A stretch of DNA of 64,000 nt, taken from contig CM022679.1 of assembly GCA_012295275.1 (NCBI GenBank), positions 29,078,001-29,142,000 of the forward strand, read 5' to 3'. The DNA is from Chrysomallon squamiferum. Taxonomy: Eukaryota > Animalia > Mollusca. Within the stretch, counting starts at the first letter, position 1. The number at the start of each line of letters is the position of its first letter. A model generated the notes under the pieces. It saw nothing but the letters and a program-made list of their open reading frames with translations. It was not told the origin of the DNA and did not search any database. A program made the position numbers and the translations under genes. Positions 44,781 to 59,546 of the stretch are shown in pieces.

Positions 44781-44931
<151 letters not shown>

Positions 44932-45110
44932 GGCAGCTATTATCTAAAGGCCGTCGGTTCAAATCCACTGTCGAATGGATCTTCATGAATTTTGGTTTAC
45001 AAACTAAATTAATCGCTGCATCTTAAAATCGATAAATCTTAAACTAGAACTTTACCAACGCACAAAATATTTCACAACAGTTTGTAGCATACGCCAGGTA
45101 ATGTTTTATG

Positions 45111-45149
<39 letters not shown>

Positions 45150-46829
45150 GCATTTGTCAAATAAAAATTAGGAATCAGAATTTGGGAAAGAAATTTTTAT
45201 AGAAGGAAATTCAAATTCTACACAGCATAAAAAAAAAAAAAATAAATAAATAAAATAAAAAAATTAATGTCTTCGATCATGCTATGAATTCGTGCCTTAT
45301 TTATATCGCATCGCTATTAAAACATCCCTTTAACGTTTCTGCCACGCTGAAGCGCAAACGATTATTGGCGACTGAAACAAATTCAACGTAAAATTCGAAT
45401 TAGACAACTGACCGCGATTTTAGAAAAAAAGAAGAACAAAAAAACTGAAGAGAGAAAGACAGAAAGAAAGAAAATAGAGACGAACACAGTTTTCTAACAC
45501 AGATTTAAGGAACATATTTTTAATTTTATTTTATTTATTTATTAATTTTATTTTACTTTTCTGTGCGAACGAAAAAAGGTAAATAACAATTTTTGTGTGT
45601 AAAAGCTGATTAATTAAAAATTAGTAGTGATAAACTACCGTAAAACCCCCACTATTCTAAACATGTAGATACCGCCCACGCATACAAACACAAATTCCCT
45701 TCCCACACACACTAATACCCAACACATTTAGTTCAGGCACACATACGCACACACGCTTATGAGCATACTTACGCACATAATTGTATATTAAAGATACAGT
45801 GAAAGATTAATCTCCCTGTTTTTTTATCAATTTTTTTTTTCCCTCTAAATTTCATTACATCAAGAACTAATCAAGTAGAGTTTCTCTAATATGAAATGAA
45901 AACCAGAATATTTTGTACGAGTACTGTGGTGAAAATGAGTACTTTTCCACTTTGATGATAAAGATCTACATTATTTATTTTAAAAAACGCCGCAACTTTT
46001 TCACCACCGCTTGTTACTAAGCTCCTCATTAAACAAAACGACGTGCTCGCATTCACGTACAGTTTTTTTTTTTTTTTTTTTTTGCGACGGTGGTCTCGAA
46101 GTTACGTCATTACATAAGCATGTAGGATGTGAAAATCCCATAAAATCCCTATTGAGAAGGATTAGTTGGAAACATAACCTCAGCATCTAAGTATGACGAT
46201 CACATCCGTAAGCTATTAAAACAACAAGAAGCTCATCTTTCATTTTCGGCGCTAACTAAGGTTCAAAGAACAGAACAGAAAAAAAAATAAAATAAATAAT
46301 AACCCTTCAGTGACGGCGTGGACTGAACAGTGTGTTTATATAACATACAGACGTACGTTCACGGATAATCTCATAGAACCTGCATTGATAGTCATAGCGT
46401 GGAGTCGGCAAGGTTTTGCATCAGGCCGTGCACTCTTTGTACGAAAGGCGCCAATGCGTAAGGCTCTTAAGACGCCCGAGTATTTATGTATACGTAACGC
46501 AGGCCACGTCATTAGCAGCGGCAATCAAAGATAAGACATCGCGTGGCGGCAGCTTAGTTGTTTGCGGCAATAAATAAGCATTATCGGCCGTGTTTGACAA
46601 AGATTTGACTGTTTCTTCCTGTTGTTACGCAGCTTCAAAGAGTGCGAAGTCTCTCCAGGTCTGAGTGAAGAGTGCGCGTGATAAATTTATGGAAAATATT
46701 GGCGTTTTTATGCAGAGCTGCAGGAAGTTTGTAATACCGCTTTTTAAAAAAACAAACATTTTAAGCTAAAACAAAATGTGAATAATGTCGGCCTCAAACT
46801 TGTTTCTCAACAGAAGTTTACAGCGAGAG

Positions 46830-46881
<52 letters not shown>

Positions 46882-47935
46882 TTTTGTTATTATTATTATT
46901 ATTATTATTATTTTGTCTGTTATAATGATGATGATGATCATAATAATCATCTAAAATTATATATATCTATACATATATATTTTAAAATTCAAATTTATCA
47001 AATAATAATAACAACAACATATTATTATCTTCTTCATCATCATCATCTGATATTTAGATAAAGTATAAAGTTTCAATTAATGACAATTTTACCCATATTT
47101 TAAAACATGGACATTTTTCAGATTATCATTATTTGGGTATTATGTTAACTCTGAAAATTAACGTTAAAAATCCAAAACAAGCAAAGATAACAACACAGAT
47201 AACAAGAAAATATATTTAAAAACCATAATGAATGATTACTGGTAATTTTATCTCCAGTTATACATTACTCATTTTTATAACCACATTATTTTCATTTAAA
47301 TTTGGTTAAATACAAAATAGCCTGAAAACATTGCATCTGTCATTGTTTTTGTTTGTTTGTTTGTTTATTTATTTATTTATTTCTTGTTTTTGAAATTCGT
47401 ATTGTGAATAGTTTCAGTTTAAAACTGCCGTTATGGTTGAAATATATATATAGAGAGAGATGGATTTGTGTGTGTGTGTGTGTGTGTGTGTGTAAAGATA
47501 TTAAATTCAAACAGCATTTAACTTATAAGTTCTGACCATTATTTTTTACACTGTAAACATTAAAATGATCACTAACATCTGTTACCAAGTTTCATCTAAC
47601 TATGTCGATTTTATCGATACGTCTTATGAGATCGAAAACTCGGGTAATATGTTTCGATAACGATGATGATGATGGTGACTATAATAATATTTTTATTATT
47701 TTTATTAATCAATAAATCACTGAATAAATAAATCAAAATTCAGCCACAAAAATAAATATCTTTTCTATCTTTTTTTATTTAATGAATAGTTGTCTTGCGC
47801 TGGCAGATGATAAGAATGATTATTTTTAATGTAACTCGTTAGTAGTATTTAATAATATATCTGAATTATATTTTTATTAAAATTTATTTATCTGCTATTC
47901 TAAATAAAATAACAGGCTATGTAAAGCACGTGAAT

Positions 47936-48028
<93 letters not shown>

Positions 48029-48351
48029 GATATTTTCATGGTAATAAACAGATGAGAGAAAGGACGAATGAATGGACGAATGTGTGTACAAAGGACTGCA
48101 ACGCTTCTCTGAACACGACCGTTACAAACGTGACGCTAATTTTGCAGCGCGTACGTAACGTAACGCCTGGTGAACGTTCTATTCTCGCAGCGACAAAAAC
48201 CTCCTCCCAACGGCTATAAAACAGAGCGAACTCCGCGTGCCGTCGCCTCATTGTGATAAACGAAGCCGCATCCCCTGGGGGCCAGTCAATGAGATAGACC
48301 ACTGGTCTGAGAGAATGAAATCCACGAGAACGGTTAGGGAATTATCAGCCG

Positions 48352-48400
<49 letters not shown>

Positions 48401-48728
48401 ATTGATTGAAGACGATCCGGACCTAAATGCAAACGTTATTGATTTGCGTCGAGAACGCGAACAGGCACATAAATTAGTGTCTGCCGAGCGGAGACGCATC
48501 GACCCGCAGAACGGCTGTCGCGCAGATCGAGATCGCGGTTTCCTAATGCCGCCCGGAGACATGCCCAGCTTCCGCCGTAAATGGAGGTCAGGGGACGAAG
48601 TGTCGGCAACTTGAGCAAGACCAGTTCGGCCCGTCTCTGTGGAGCTCGGCGCCATTGAAATGTTTTCTTTTTCGTTCTGTTGTTCGTCACGTTAATAGCT
48701 TGAATCTCTCACGTATAAGTCGCATCTT

Positions 48729-48800
<72 letters not shown>

Positions 48801-50101
48801 GTGTCTATCTCTAATCATTCTTCAGTCTGTGATTAGTGAATCCAGAATCGTTTATTCATCCTTTGACTTTTTCTTTCGTTTCTGTCCTTGTATATTTCGC
48901 TCTTGTATTTCATTTTCGTTTATTCGTTTTCATCTCGTTTTCTTTTATGTGTTCTGTCCTTTATGATGGTACAGTTTCTGTATTCTTATTGTTTGTTCCT
49001 GAGTAAAAATTTCAATTAAAAGGGAAGAAGAAAAGAAAACGATTAGAAATGACACCGTTTTAAAATTACCCACTCCACTGTTGTTGTTAGGAAACATTTC
49101 TAGAATCAGTTAAACTTCAGTTAGAATTTTTTTTATCATCATAAATATCATTTTATTATTATTATTATCATCATTGTCATTTTATTATTATGATTATTAT
49201 TATAATTTTTATTATTTTTATTACTATGTATTGCTGATATTATTATTATTATTATTAACGCTTCAGTGAACACAATAACAAAACTACTGAAATGTATCAA
49301 GGCACGCCTCATTAACAGCAGACTGTCAAAGTATCTATGAAAGCGAGTCCAGCAGCTACTGAGAACAAAGGGGAAACAGATGGACAGTTTTATTCGTTCT
49401 CCTCGTCTTGTTAAACGGGTGTTCGTTCCCCTAACGAAAGCACCACCCTAGACCTGAGTCCCTGCTCTAGTTGATTATCCCTGATAAAACCTACCCCTCG
49501 AGGACACCCCTGTCGAACTCGACCCTAGATGACAACATCCCTGACACATTCATATTCAGCCCTAGTCGACTCCTCTCTGACGTACGCAGGTTTGTCGATG
49601 ACGTTCATGATAAATTAGCAGATTGTGTAACTTCCCTGACAAACTCTAGATGTTTTCATTGACAAACGCTGCCTCTATAACTCATCCGTTAGATACTTCT
49701 CCACTTAATTCATCTTACAGGCATGACGTATACAATGAATATCTCGAGGATAAAAAATAATAATAATTAAAAAAAAATGCCTCTACCCTAGATGAAAGGT
49801 TAGACAGGGTCCTAAAGTTAAAGAGTTTCTGTCACCAGGTTTTGTCATGTTTCTTCACGTTTTTCTTTCGTATGAACAAACACAACGTATTCTAACAATG
49901 GTTATACGCACGACATATAAATAAAATATCTTCACAGTAAATATAATACTGCAATATATTTTCTCATGTCTGATTTCCAGTACTGATTATTGTTGTATTT
50001 AAACAATGCAATACAATAGTACAATACAATACTGAGATACACACATCCATGTAGATAAATGAGTAGGCGAGTCAGAGAGACACTGACAGACAGACAGACA
50101 G

Positions 50102-50196
<95 letters not shown>

Positions 50197-51664
50197 CCTT
50201 TTCAATACTTTTTTTTATTTATTTTTTTGCTTTTGATTTATTTGACTACATTTTCGTCATCTCATAATTAATTTATTTTATAAATATTGTCGTTATTAAT
50301 AGAGAAAGCTTTTCAACGACGACAAAATGTTAAAAAAAGTTCTAAAGGGAATATGCTTTCACGTTTCTCTTTCTATAAAAGCCAAGTGTCTGTTTAATTT
50401 CGGAAATTAGCTTAGCAGTTGAATTTAGAGCCTCAAAGAGACAGAATTTCAGTTGATTTATTAAATAATAAATTGTTAAATTTAGCCAGACAGGGACTGT
50501 GCAGACTTCTATAGCTTGGCATCTCTCAGAATTTCACTTCATGTATTATTGTGTATAAAGTCTTTTTCTTTTTACTATTTACTCAGAAGGATAGAAAATT
50601 TCTTGCCTAACCCTTTCTGCACGCCACCCCAAATTGATCGTTTGAAATTTTATTTCTTCCTCTATTAACTAGCAGTGCGGTGCTCTGCATTTTAAGGAAG
50701 CGTTTTGAATCCCACAGAAGAGAGGCAGTGAGAAATAACAGTGCGTATCTAGATCAGAGTAAATTTAGCGGCGATCACCACGACGTGTCTGCTAATTGCC
50801 GATGTCACGGCACGCGCAAGGCTATCAATCACTTCGAGGCGCATCCTGTCACGTGACGCGGTTTAACTACGTAATGCTAACTTCAAACAGGCGATAGGAA
50901 TATAATTTATTTTCTCCGTGAATTTTTGCGTTGCAGATTTTTTTAAAAAGGCCGTGGAAACGGAGACTGAATTAGAAAAAAAGAGAGAAAAGCTCTGCGC
51001 AGAGAGAAGACGGTAATGCTGTTTTCTCATCGATCGTGCAAAACGTGGCGCCAGCCGAGCGCGTTTTTCACATCACGCAGCTGACTGGCCCGAACCGGAA
51101 GCTATTGTTAGAAAGTGTATACGACTAATGGTGCTGTGCTGCCGCCTTCCGAATAATGGCGAGTGAACACGATCTGCACGTTTGTGTGTAACCTTATATC
51201 GTCTGTGAGCCGAGTTTCTTTCTTTCGTTCGTTCGTTCTTTTTTTTTTTTTTTTTTTTTATACAGAAGTGAATGAGTATCATCACCCCAGCAGTTTTAGT
51301 ACGAGTACATAAAACCTTTATAGTGTGAAAATATATCGATTTTTAAAATCTTCTTCTTCTTCTTCTTCTTATTTATTTATTTTTTGCTGATTAAGCATGA
51401 TATGTAACTAGAAAGTACCTACATCATATTTCTGAAAATGATTTTTTTTAATTTTTTAATTTAATTATATACCTTTCCATATTGAGCAAAGCGCGTGTCG
51501 CAGCTGACTTGATATATAATCTACTGAAAAGGATCGATCCTGTTATCCACGACTCCTGAATCCTCTGTAACCTATTCGTTTTAACTAGTAATGAGAACAA
51601 AATGTGTACGTTCTTGTATGTGCATACGTTTTGCTGTGCTCGAGAGAGAGAGTAAGAGAGAGGG

Positions 51665-51700
<36 letters not shown>

Positions 51701-52282
51701 TGTGTGTGTTTGTTTGTGTGTGTGTGTGTGTGTGTGTGTTTGTTTACGTGAAGGGTGTACATTGTTATGTGTGTTAATAGTTATTCAAGAATGTATCGTG
51801 TACGTCACGTATTTCTTTTTCGTTCTTTTTTTTTTCTTTCCCCGCTTCTATAATTGCTATTTTATTTTATTTTCCTTTTTTCGTTCTTTTTTTTTTCCTT
51901 TTTTTTTCTACTCGGATGTCAGTGACAGATTTACTGCGTTGCTAATTATTTCCCCCATCATGCCTCGCTTTCGCTTCGCGATGGACTATTTACAGGCCAG
52001 TTAATCGGATTTTGTTCGGCAGCGTATCGTCCTTTACAACGCCTGGCTGTTGAATAAAAGAATATTCTGAATGATTTATTCTGGGGACAAAAACGATTGC
52101 CCTTTTTCTTTTCTTTTCTTTTCTTTCTTTTCTGGTCTCAAGCGGCCGTTAAAAAAAAAAAACCTGGAGGTTAAAAACAAACTGGAGGTTAAAAACAAAT
52201 TGTATGTGAGGGAAAGAAATTTGTTTTATAATTGATACTTGTTTATATATTAAAATTACCCGATGATTCTGCTTGAAAATAT

Positions 52283-52313
<31 letters not shown>

Positions 52314-52381
52314 TTCATTAACAGAATTAATATCAACAGGATTCGACAACAGTAGCAACATCTACCATAAAAGTAATACTC

Positions 52382-52427
<46 letters not shown>

Positions 52428-53507
52428 TAACGCAGTGCATGACGTCTGACCTCATTCACTAAACCGAAATATCAAATACCGCTGTAATAACGTACAGTAC
52501 TACACACCCTAACAACCGCCATTGGCCGACACTTTAACAACACTCACTCGGCGATAACGATCAATGCAGAAGGAACTAGCGTATTTAAATAAGCAGCCGG
52601 CGTGTGGAAGGCCGTACAGAAGTATGTGTCATAGTGATTTATGTGCGCCTGGTTCGAGGAAGGGGTCACTTGTTACAGTTGACACGGCGGGGCGGGAAGC
52701 GGGCACTTGTGAAACGGTACTGGGCAGATCGTACGTCCAACCTTGGTACTCGGCCAGCGCCTGGCTTCAAACGCCAGCAGCAGCGCCCTGCACAAAACAC
52801 TCGAGAGTTCATAATTAATTTATCGGATGTTGTAAATGTCACCGAGGTTTGCTGCACGTGCCAGAAGAAAGTAATTTCTATACTGCGCATAATTATATCA
52901 CCAGAGACTGTTGTTTTTTTTTGTTGGTTTTTTTCTGTATTTTTTTTTTAAAAAGTAATTGTTTCCTTTCCTTTCATTGTTTGAAAAAAACAACAACAAC
53001 GAAACAATAAATAAAAACAACAACAAAAAAAAAGAACAACAGACAACACATAAAACTAATGCATATTATTAGATTTAATTTTTCCATCGTCGTTATCTCC
53101 ACTTATTATTTAGCACTGAATACGTTAAATTCTTCTCATTGTTGTCGTTACAATTGCTGTTGCTGTTGTTGTTGTTCAGTATATCGTACCACCTTTCCAG
53201 ACGGAATATTTATTTTCTTTTTGTGTGAAATTTCTGCACAACCGTTTCCTGTCTTGTAACCATAAACGTCGTTCAGCGAGTTTTCAAATCTTTCTTTCTA
53301 ATCTGTGACACAGTCAGAGCTCAAAACACACATACAGACAAATGTCTACTCGGTTTGGCAGTTGCTTTTACCTTCTTACGTTGCATTTGTGGACTGTAAT
53401 TTCAATTCTGCATTTCATATTTTTATTGGTATAAAGTTTACAGTAGCAGTTACAATAACCATAGTAAGAACTACCTATATCTACAGCAGAACCAAACTAT
53501 TCTTCTT

Positions 53508-53569
<62 letters not shown>

Positions 53570-53814
53570 TGGAACTGTATATTTTCGTTTTTTCTTTAAT
53601 CCATTCTCCTGTGCCTTTTATTGGGTGTGGCGTAGAACTAAAACCAGCAACATCATCTTAGATAACAACCCCAAAACAACTATAATATGTAAAGCTGAAG
53701 TCAAGAATATTTGCTATAAGCCTCATATCAGAGGGTAATAGAAACCTGCTCAGAATCTTCTGAGGATAAAAACCTAACTACGAGGTTTTGGGTTAGATTG
53801 ACCATTGATTACGC

Positions 53815-53863
<49 letters not shown>

Positions 53864-54986
53864 AGTTTTTATTATTGTTATTACCAAATATTCTGCTAAA
53901 AATATATTTACTTTATTTACGTGGACAGTGCTTGCCTGTATTTTGTGTTTTCAGGACAAATACTGTCAAAGTTAACTTTTTTTTTCAAAACCAGATCTCC
54001 AACCCTCGTGGGAGAACAAGTAAAAAATGCAGGTCATGGGTAACAACGAAGATAAAAAAAAAAAAAAAAATTCTCACACACGAGGTTTGCGACTTAAAAG
54101 TGAAACCGCTGCAATATAGGAAAGTTATGTGCTGTGTGTCTGTCGCACGTAGGTGCTGCCAAATTCCAGGGGGGGTCGTAAATCAGAAGAAAAACAAATG
54201 TCTTCTGTTTTGAAGAGTTTTGCATATGGCGCGTTTCCTTCTTAGCGCCGGCTTGAACAATAATAATTTTGTCGTCTGGTTTGAAAGGCGATACGCGCTC
54301 TTCACCGCTTCCTCGCCTCGCTGTGAGTGCTTCGTCCCTTTTCACGTTTTTACTCGATCTTGCCGCGTCTCAGTAACCTCCAGTTCTAGCGGAACGCCCT
54401 AGGTTTCCCGAGAGCAAGAGAAGCTCAGCTGGAAATCTCGACGAGAAGCGGAGGCTTAATGGACAAAGGAAGGATTCCGAGTGGGTGGGGCTAGCCCCAG
54501 GGGTCAAACCGGTTTAATGTCAGATTAATGAGCTCTGGTTTTTCGCGATCGTTATTTTTTTTTTTTTTTTTTTTTTTTTCACATCCTGCGCACGTGAACT
54601 TTCCCGTAAATTAATCCCACAAGTTCTTCCTGCCGACAACTCAAGCTGAAAGGACAGATTACGTGGACCGCGGTCTCGGATTGTATCGCATTGTCTCGCG
54701 CAGATAGCGGTACGTCCGCGTGATAACGCCGTCTGCACGCGCTATTGTCTATCATCCTCTTCCCGCCAAATCCGAGGCGAGCGCTGTGTCAGGGCTGTAA
54801 CTGCGTTGATAAAACTCACCCGTGGGTTTTCTCAAGCCGAAAACTGATATTTAATGCGCCGTGTACTGAATCAAACGAAGAAGAAGAAGAAAAAAAAAAA
54901 CAGAGAGAAGATACGTGCAGATATAACCTAGGTTATCTCGGTTAGGGAGGGCGCGCAGCGTAATCTTTTGACGTAAATTTCTTTTT

Positions 54987-55021
<35 letters not shown>

Positions 55022-56145
55022 CTCCTCTTCTTCTTCTTCTTCTTCTTCTTACGCAGGGATCAAATGGCGGCAGGCGACCTCGCCAGAACACGTGGCGCGC
55101 ACTTGACGGTAATCACGTAAGAATTCACGCGTTGGAGAAAACTTAATTTCATCTGAATGCTTTCAGAAAGGGTTCACGGCGATATCCGCGGCTTTACGGA
55201 AATAGGCTGCAGTGCTTAGCGACGGGCTGGCAGTTAGAGCGAATTTTTTGCCTTCGAGGCAACGGGCGATGACAAACAGTTCGGTGTGTTTGAACTAATC
55301 GCGTACAGATATCTCCGCGCGCTATCGTATAGCGGCTTTTTTCACACTGCTGTAAACACTCGAAAATTCTGCCCGACTAGAGAATATTATTATTATTATT
55401 TTTTTTTTTTAATTTCTGTACACGCAGTACTGACTAATTTGTGGTTTTGATGATCGATAGTTTTAATGAACAAAGAAGTAAGAAGAATTAAAGTAAGATT
55501 TAAAAAAAAAAAATAATAATTAAAAAAAAAAAAACCGACACCAACATCTACAGCTGCATTCTAATAATTATAATGAATAAAAATAGTTTGTTTTATTTGT
55601 AATAAAAATATAAGTGTATGAATGAATGAGAAAAATAAAAAATAAATAAATATAAAAATAATAATAATAACAGTAATAAATAAATAAATACAAATTTAGG
55701 CAGTGACTGATGAACACTAAGCACACTAGTTTTATTATTTTTACAATCAGAAATTTTTCTAGTTCAAGTTTACTTTTTTTTTTTTTTTTTTCTTCTCTGT
55801 AACTCTTCCAGGAAGAATGTAGTGGAGTTTCCGCCCTCAAACGAACTTAAATTAATCTGCAATTGCACGGAAACGCAGCTGATTCTCAAATAACGATAAA
55901 AGCAGCCATTAAAAGTTTCATTAAACCTCCGAACGTTCGTGCACACTGGTCTTCAAGTAAAACGTTTTTTTTTTTTTTTTTTTTTTTTTAATCAGTCGCG
56001 CTTGGTACGTCAGGTTAGACTCTTCTTCTTCTTCTTCTTCTTCTTCTTCTTCTTCTTTTAAAGTAACTTACTTTTGGATAAGAAAGTCGAAGAAAAGCCC
56101 TGTAATTAACGGCTCAGATTTATCACAGTCGATTTTAATTTTCAG

Positions 56146-56348
56146 ACCCGATGTCGTAACGGCGAGAAGCGAAGCCGAGTGGCGACCTCTGGTGCCGACG
56201 TCAAGGGGAAGGGGACGTCGAGCCCCGTGGAGCATCACGTGAACGGCGCCTTCAAGCCCGTGCAGCACGTGCGGCCTCAAATCAGAGTACCGTGCAGCGG
56301 AAATGACGGCCATGTCATAGTACCGAAGCAGCAAGAGAAAATATGCAG
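56146..56348 (+). CDS. SAMD11: SAMD11-like coding exon 2 (TRCRNGEKRSRV...QQEKIC; absent from the ORF track)
   Basis: Acceptor TTTTCAG|ACC; open in phase 0 for 203 nt; donor CAG|GTGAGC, phase 2, compatible with both neighbours; TRCRNGEKR parallels human VNRGRLADKR (recalled). Confidence 0.85.
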
Positions 56349-56875
56349 GTGAGCAATCGAGCAGACGTCTGTGCTGTTGTCGTTGTGGACAGCTGTGCTG
56401 GCGTAGGTCGCGCGTGGTGCCTGCGATAGGGGTGAATTGTGTGGGAGTTGAAGAGATGGTTAAAAATAATTAGTTTTAGCGATCATACCAGTAGATTCTT
56501 TTGACGCACAATTTTCATAGATTAAATGTGACAAATGGCATACTTGTATATTTTATCAGTTACCAGGACCATTTATTAGAAAACTCACAGATTTATTTTT
56601 TATTTGTTTTTATGTAGAGAGGCACACGCACCCATGCAAACACATTCTTGCACAACAACTAAAAAAAATACAAAATACAAAATACAAAATCAACAAAAAA
56701 CAACTAAACATAAACATGCAGCAATTAAACACAGAAAGATGTACCTTAACCATATAAAAAGAAAACACAACTACTTCTTTTTAAAGAGATGAATGATTGA
56801 AACAAACGTATTAACGGCAGTAATGCTGTGCTATTTGAAACCAATGTTTAAAAATAAAATGTTGTTCTGCTTCAG

Positions 56876-57207
56876 TCCTCTACGAGATGTCAGTGCAGCC
56901 GCAGTCTGCCAGGGTCTGAGACCGATGGAGACTCCAGTCATGGCTGACAAATGTGAGCCAATTACCATAGCAACCGCAGACAAAATACAGGACAAAATTG
57001 CAGGTCTAAAGGCCGGTAGCAACCCTGTTTGCAAAAATGACTCTTTTAAAGTTAAAAGTCCAGAAAAGCTTTGTTCTTCAGAGTCTAATAAACACCCCGG
57101 GTCCGAGGCTGATGCAAAGAAGGAAGGATCCTCCTCTCAGCAGACGAAGCATAAACACACATCAAGCTGCGACAAGCTCAAACACAAATCATCATCCAAG
57201 ACTCACA

Positions 57208-57239
<32 letters not shown>

Positions 57240-57750
57240 ACAACAACATTTCACACGTGTCCGACGTTCTCGGACAGCCAGAAAGCTGCAGCAGCAGCAA
57301 CAACAACAGCAGCAGCAGCAGCAACAACGGCATCAGAAGCAAGACCGGCTGCAGCGTCACCACTGCATCACGTCGCTGAAGTGAAGTTTGAACATTTGAA
57401 AGACTCTAATCCCCTTCCAGCGTCCGCACCTGATTCCAAACCCCAGCTAAAACCAGCGTCTCCCTCGGCTCACAGTCCAGTGAAAACCAACTCGGACAAA
57501 CATTCGACGTCTTGTGCAGCTTCTTCTGGACCAAACCCGCCTTGTTCTGTGGCTGAATCTTCGAAGGATGTTCAGAGCAAGACCATTGCAGTCATCAACA
57601 GCTCAGAGTCCACCGACAAACAACACGCCATGGGGATCAAACCGAGCTTACAGGAGCAGCCAAAACCACCTGCAGGAGACAAAGCTTCAGCTCCTCCAGC
57701 ACAAGAAGCTCTCGAAAGAGTCAAATCTGCTGTGTCACATAACACAGCTG
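56876..57750 (+). CDS. SAMD11: SAMD11-like coding exon 3 (low-complexity S/A/T/K/P-rich linker)
   Basis: Acceptor TTCTGCTTCAG|T (phase 2, completes AGT Ser); lies within ORF 56793-57839; donor CTG|GTAAGT, phase 1. Confidence 0.88.
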
Positions 57751-58419
57751 GTAAGTACTACTACTACTACTACTACAACTACTTATACCACTTCTACAAC
57801 TGCTGCTATCACTACTACAACAGCTGTTACTGCTGCTAAAACTACAACTATTTTTTAGTGTTTTATCGTTTAAAACATTTCACAGAGCTATTTTCGTTCT
57901 AATTCATCACTTCAAAAAACTTGAGAAAATATGGTTTAAAGGTAACTATTTAAATATCCAGATTTAAATATCCAGACTTAAACATCAACAAAAAAAAAAA
58001 AATTACATTATCTTTTTTATCAGTATTGAAAATATATTAGGAAGATTTTATATTCGAAACAAGAGAGAAGAAAAATGTACGTGATATCTTGAAAATAACG
58101 ACCTAAATTAAAATAATAAACGTTTAAAGTAAAATGATAATTTTCTTTGTAAATAGCTTCTGATGGTGATAGTGAATGAATAAACCTTTGCTTGGTATCA
58201 GTGTAAACACATTTTAATTTAAATAGTTTAATAGGTTTATTGATATATTTACATTTCGTGTGTGTGAATGTGTGTATGAGCGTGTGTGTGTGTAAAATGA
58301 TAGAGCAAAAACTTTATTTCTATTTATTTCTTTTCAGTACTAATATATTTTGTTATTATTTTATTTAAAATTGTTTTTGACAAATTAACGAATGCGTTTT
58401 TATTTTTTTTATTTTCCAG

Positions 58420-59131
58420 AAAAATGTTCGATTGCTGGTGACAACAACAACAACAACAGCAGCAGCAGCAGCAGCAACAACAACAACAACAATAGCAGCA
58501 GCAATGTTGCAGCTGTAGACGTGAAATCGGAACACAAAGTAGCCAGTGATCTGATAAACCTGACGCAAGCGAAGGTTCACAAGGAGGAAAAACCTCACAG
58601 GGAACTGAAACACACGTGCAGCAAGGCAAAGGACCAATCGCCGAAGTCGTGTGCCAGGACGGACACTGTGGCCGCCATCAAAACAGAAAACGCAGACACA
58701 AAGGCGAAAGTTCCCTCCAGACAAAACGAAATGGAGGCTAAAATCGTCAAGCTGGAGGACTGCGGTAAACTGTCCTCTCACTCCAAACACAGACAGACAG
58801 AGAAAAAACATTCCCCGGACAAAGACGTGCACGTTCAGTCGTCGTCGTCATCATCAGCGTCGTCATCATCTTCAAGTATTCATCATCATCATCACAAGAC
58901 AACAACGACAACATCAGTCACATCAACGCTGTCGTCGTCTAATACGAGAAGTCCAGAGGCGGCGTCGTCGAGGAAGCACGAGGAGTCGCGCGCGTCGCTG
59001 TCCGACAAAGACAAGATGGCGGGACCGCGAATCGGAAGTGACGTGCCTCCCATGATGCAACAGGACGCTGCAGACGCTGCCTGCAGTGACTATATGCGAC
59101 TTTTAGCATCCGGACATGCGCATCCCATGTT
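58420..59131 (+). CDS. SAMD11: SAMD11-like coding exon 4 (low-complexity linker, SUMO-type motifs)
   Basis: Acceptor TTTTCCAG|AA (phase 1, GAA); lies within ORF 58392-59135; donor ATGTT|GTAAGT, phase 2. Confidence 0.88.
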
Positions 59132-59154
59132 GTAAGTTTTTGTTATTATTATTG

Positions 59155-59194
<40 letters not shown>

Positions 59195-59546
59195 AAGAGC
59201 AATGTTGGTTACATAAACACCTGTAAACTCGCTGTTTTGATACATGCTCAAGTATTGTGTGATATCATGTGACCAGTTTCACTTTCACATTGAAATTCAG
59301 TCAGTAATAAATGTTCAGCTCTAGTCGTCTGTAGAACTAGAAAGAAAACAAAATGATAATGATTTATTGGTATAGTACGGTCTTACGTAGCTTAGTAGTA
59401 TTCCCCGGATCTCTAAACGATTATTATTTATCTATCTCTCTGTCTCTCTGTCTGTCTGTCGTGTCTGTCTGTCGTGTCTGTCTAATCTATCTATTTGTTT
59501 ATTTATTTATTTATTTTGTTTATTTATTTTGTTTGTTTGTTTCCAG

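Noticed and set aside
44965-44976. Pol III B-box-like GGTTCAAATCC (and GTTCGAATC on the minus strand near 21497) as tRNA or SINE
   Set aside because: No A-box at the right spacing and no cloverleaf could be built
48237-48690. Overlapping 84-135 aa ORFs in a GC-rich intronic island
   Set aside because: No recognisable domain, interrupted by poly-A, and no phase-compatible splice pair found; more likely regulatory DNA
49298-49308. Partial match to miR-124 (AAGGCACGC)
   Set aside because: The match stops after ~9 nt and there is no hairpin; no known miRNA was recognised in the window
56793-56875. ORF-track N-termini of the 348, 247 and 314 aa ORFs treated as independent genes
   Set aside because: These leaders are intronic pyrimidine tracts; phase-matched splice sites join the ORFs into one CDS
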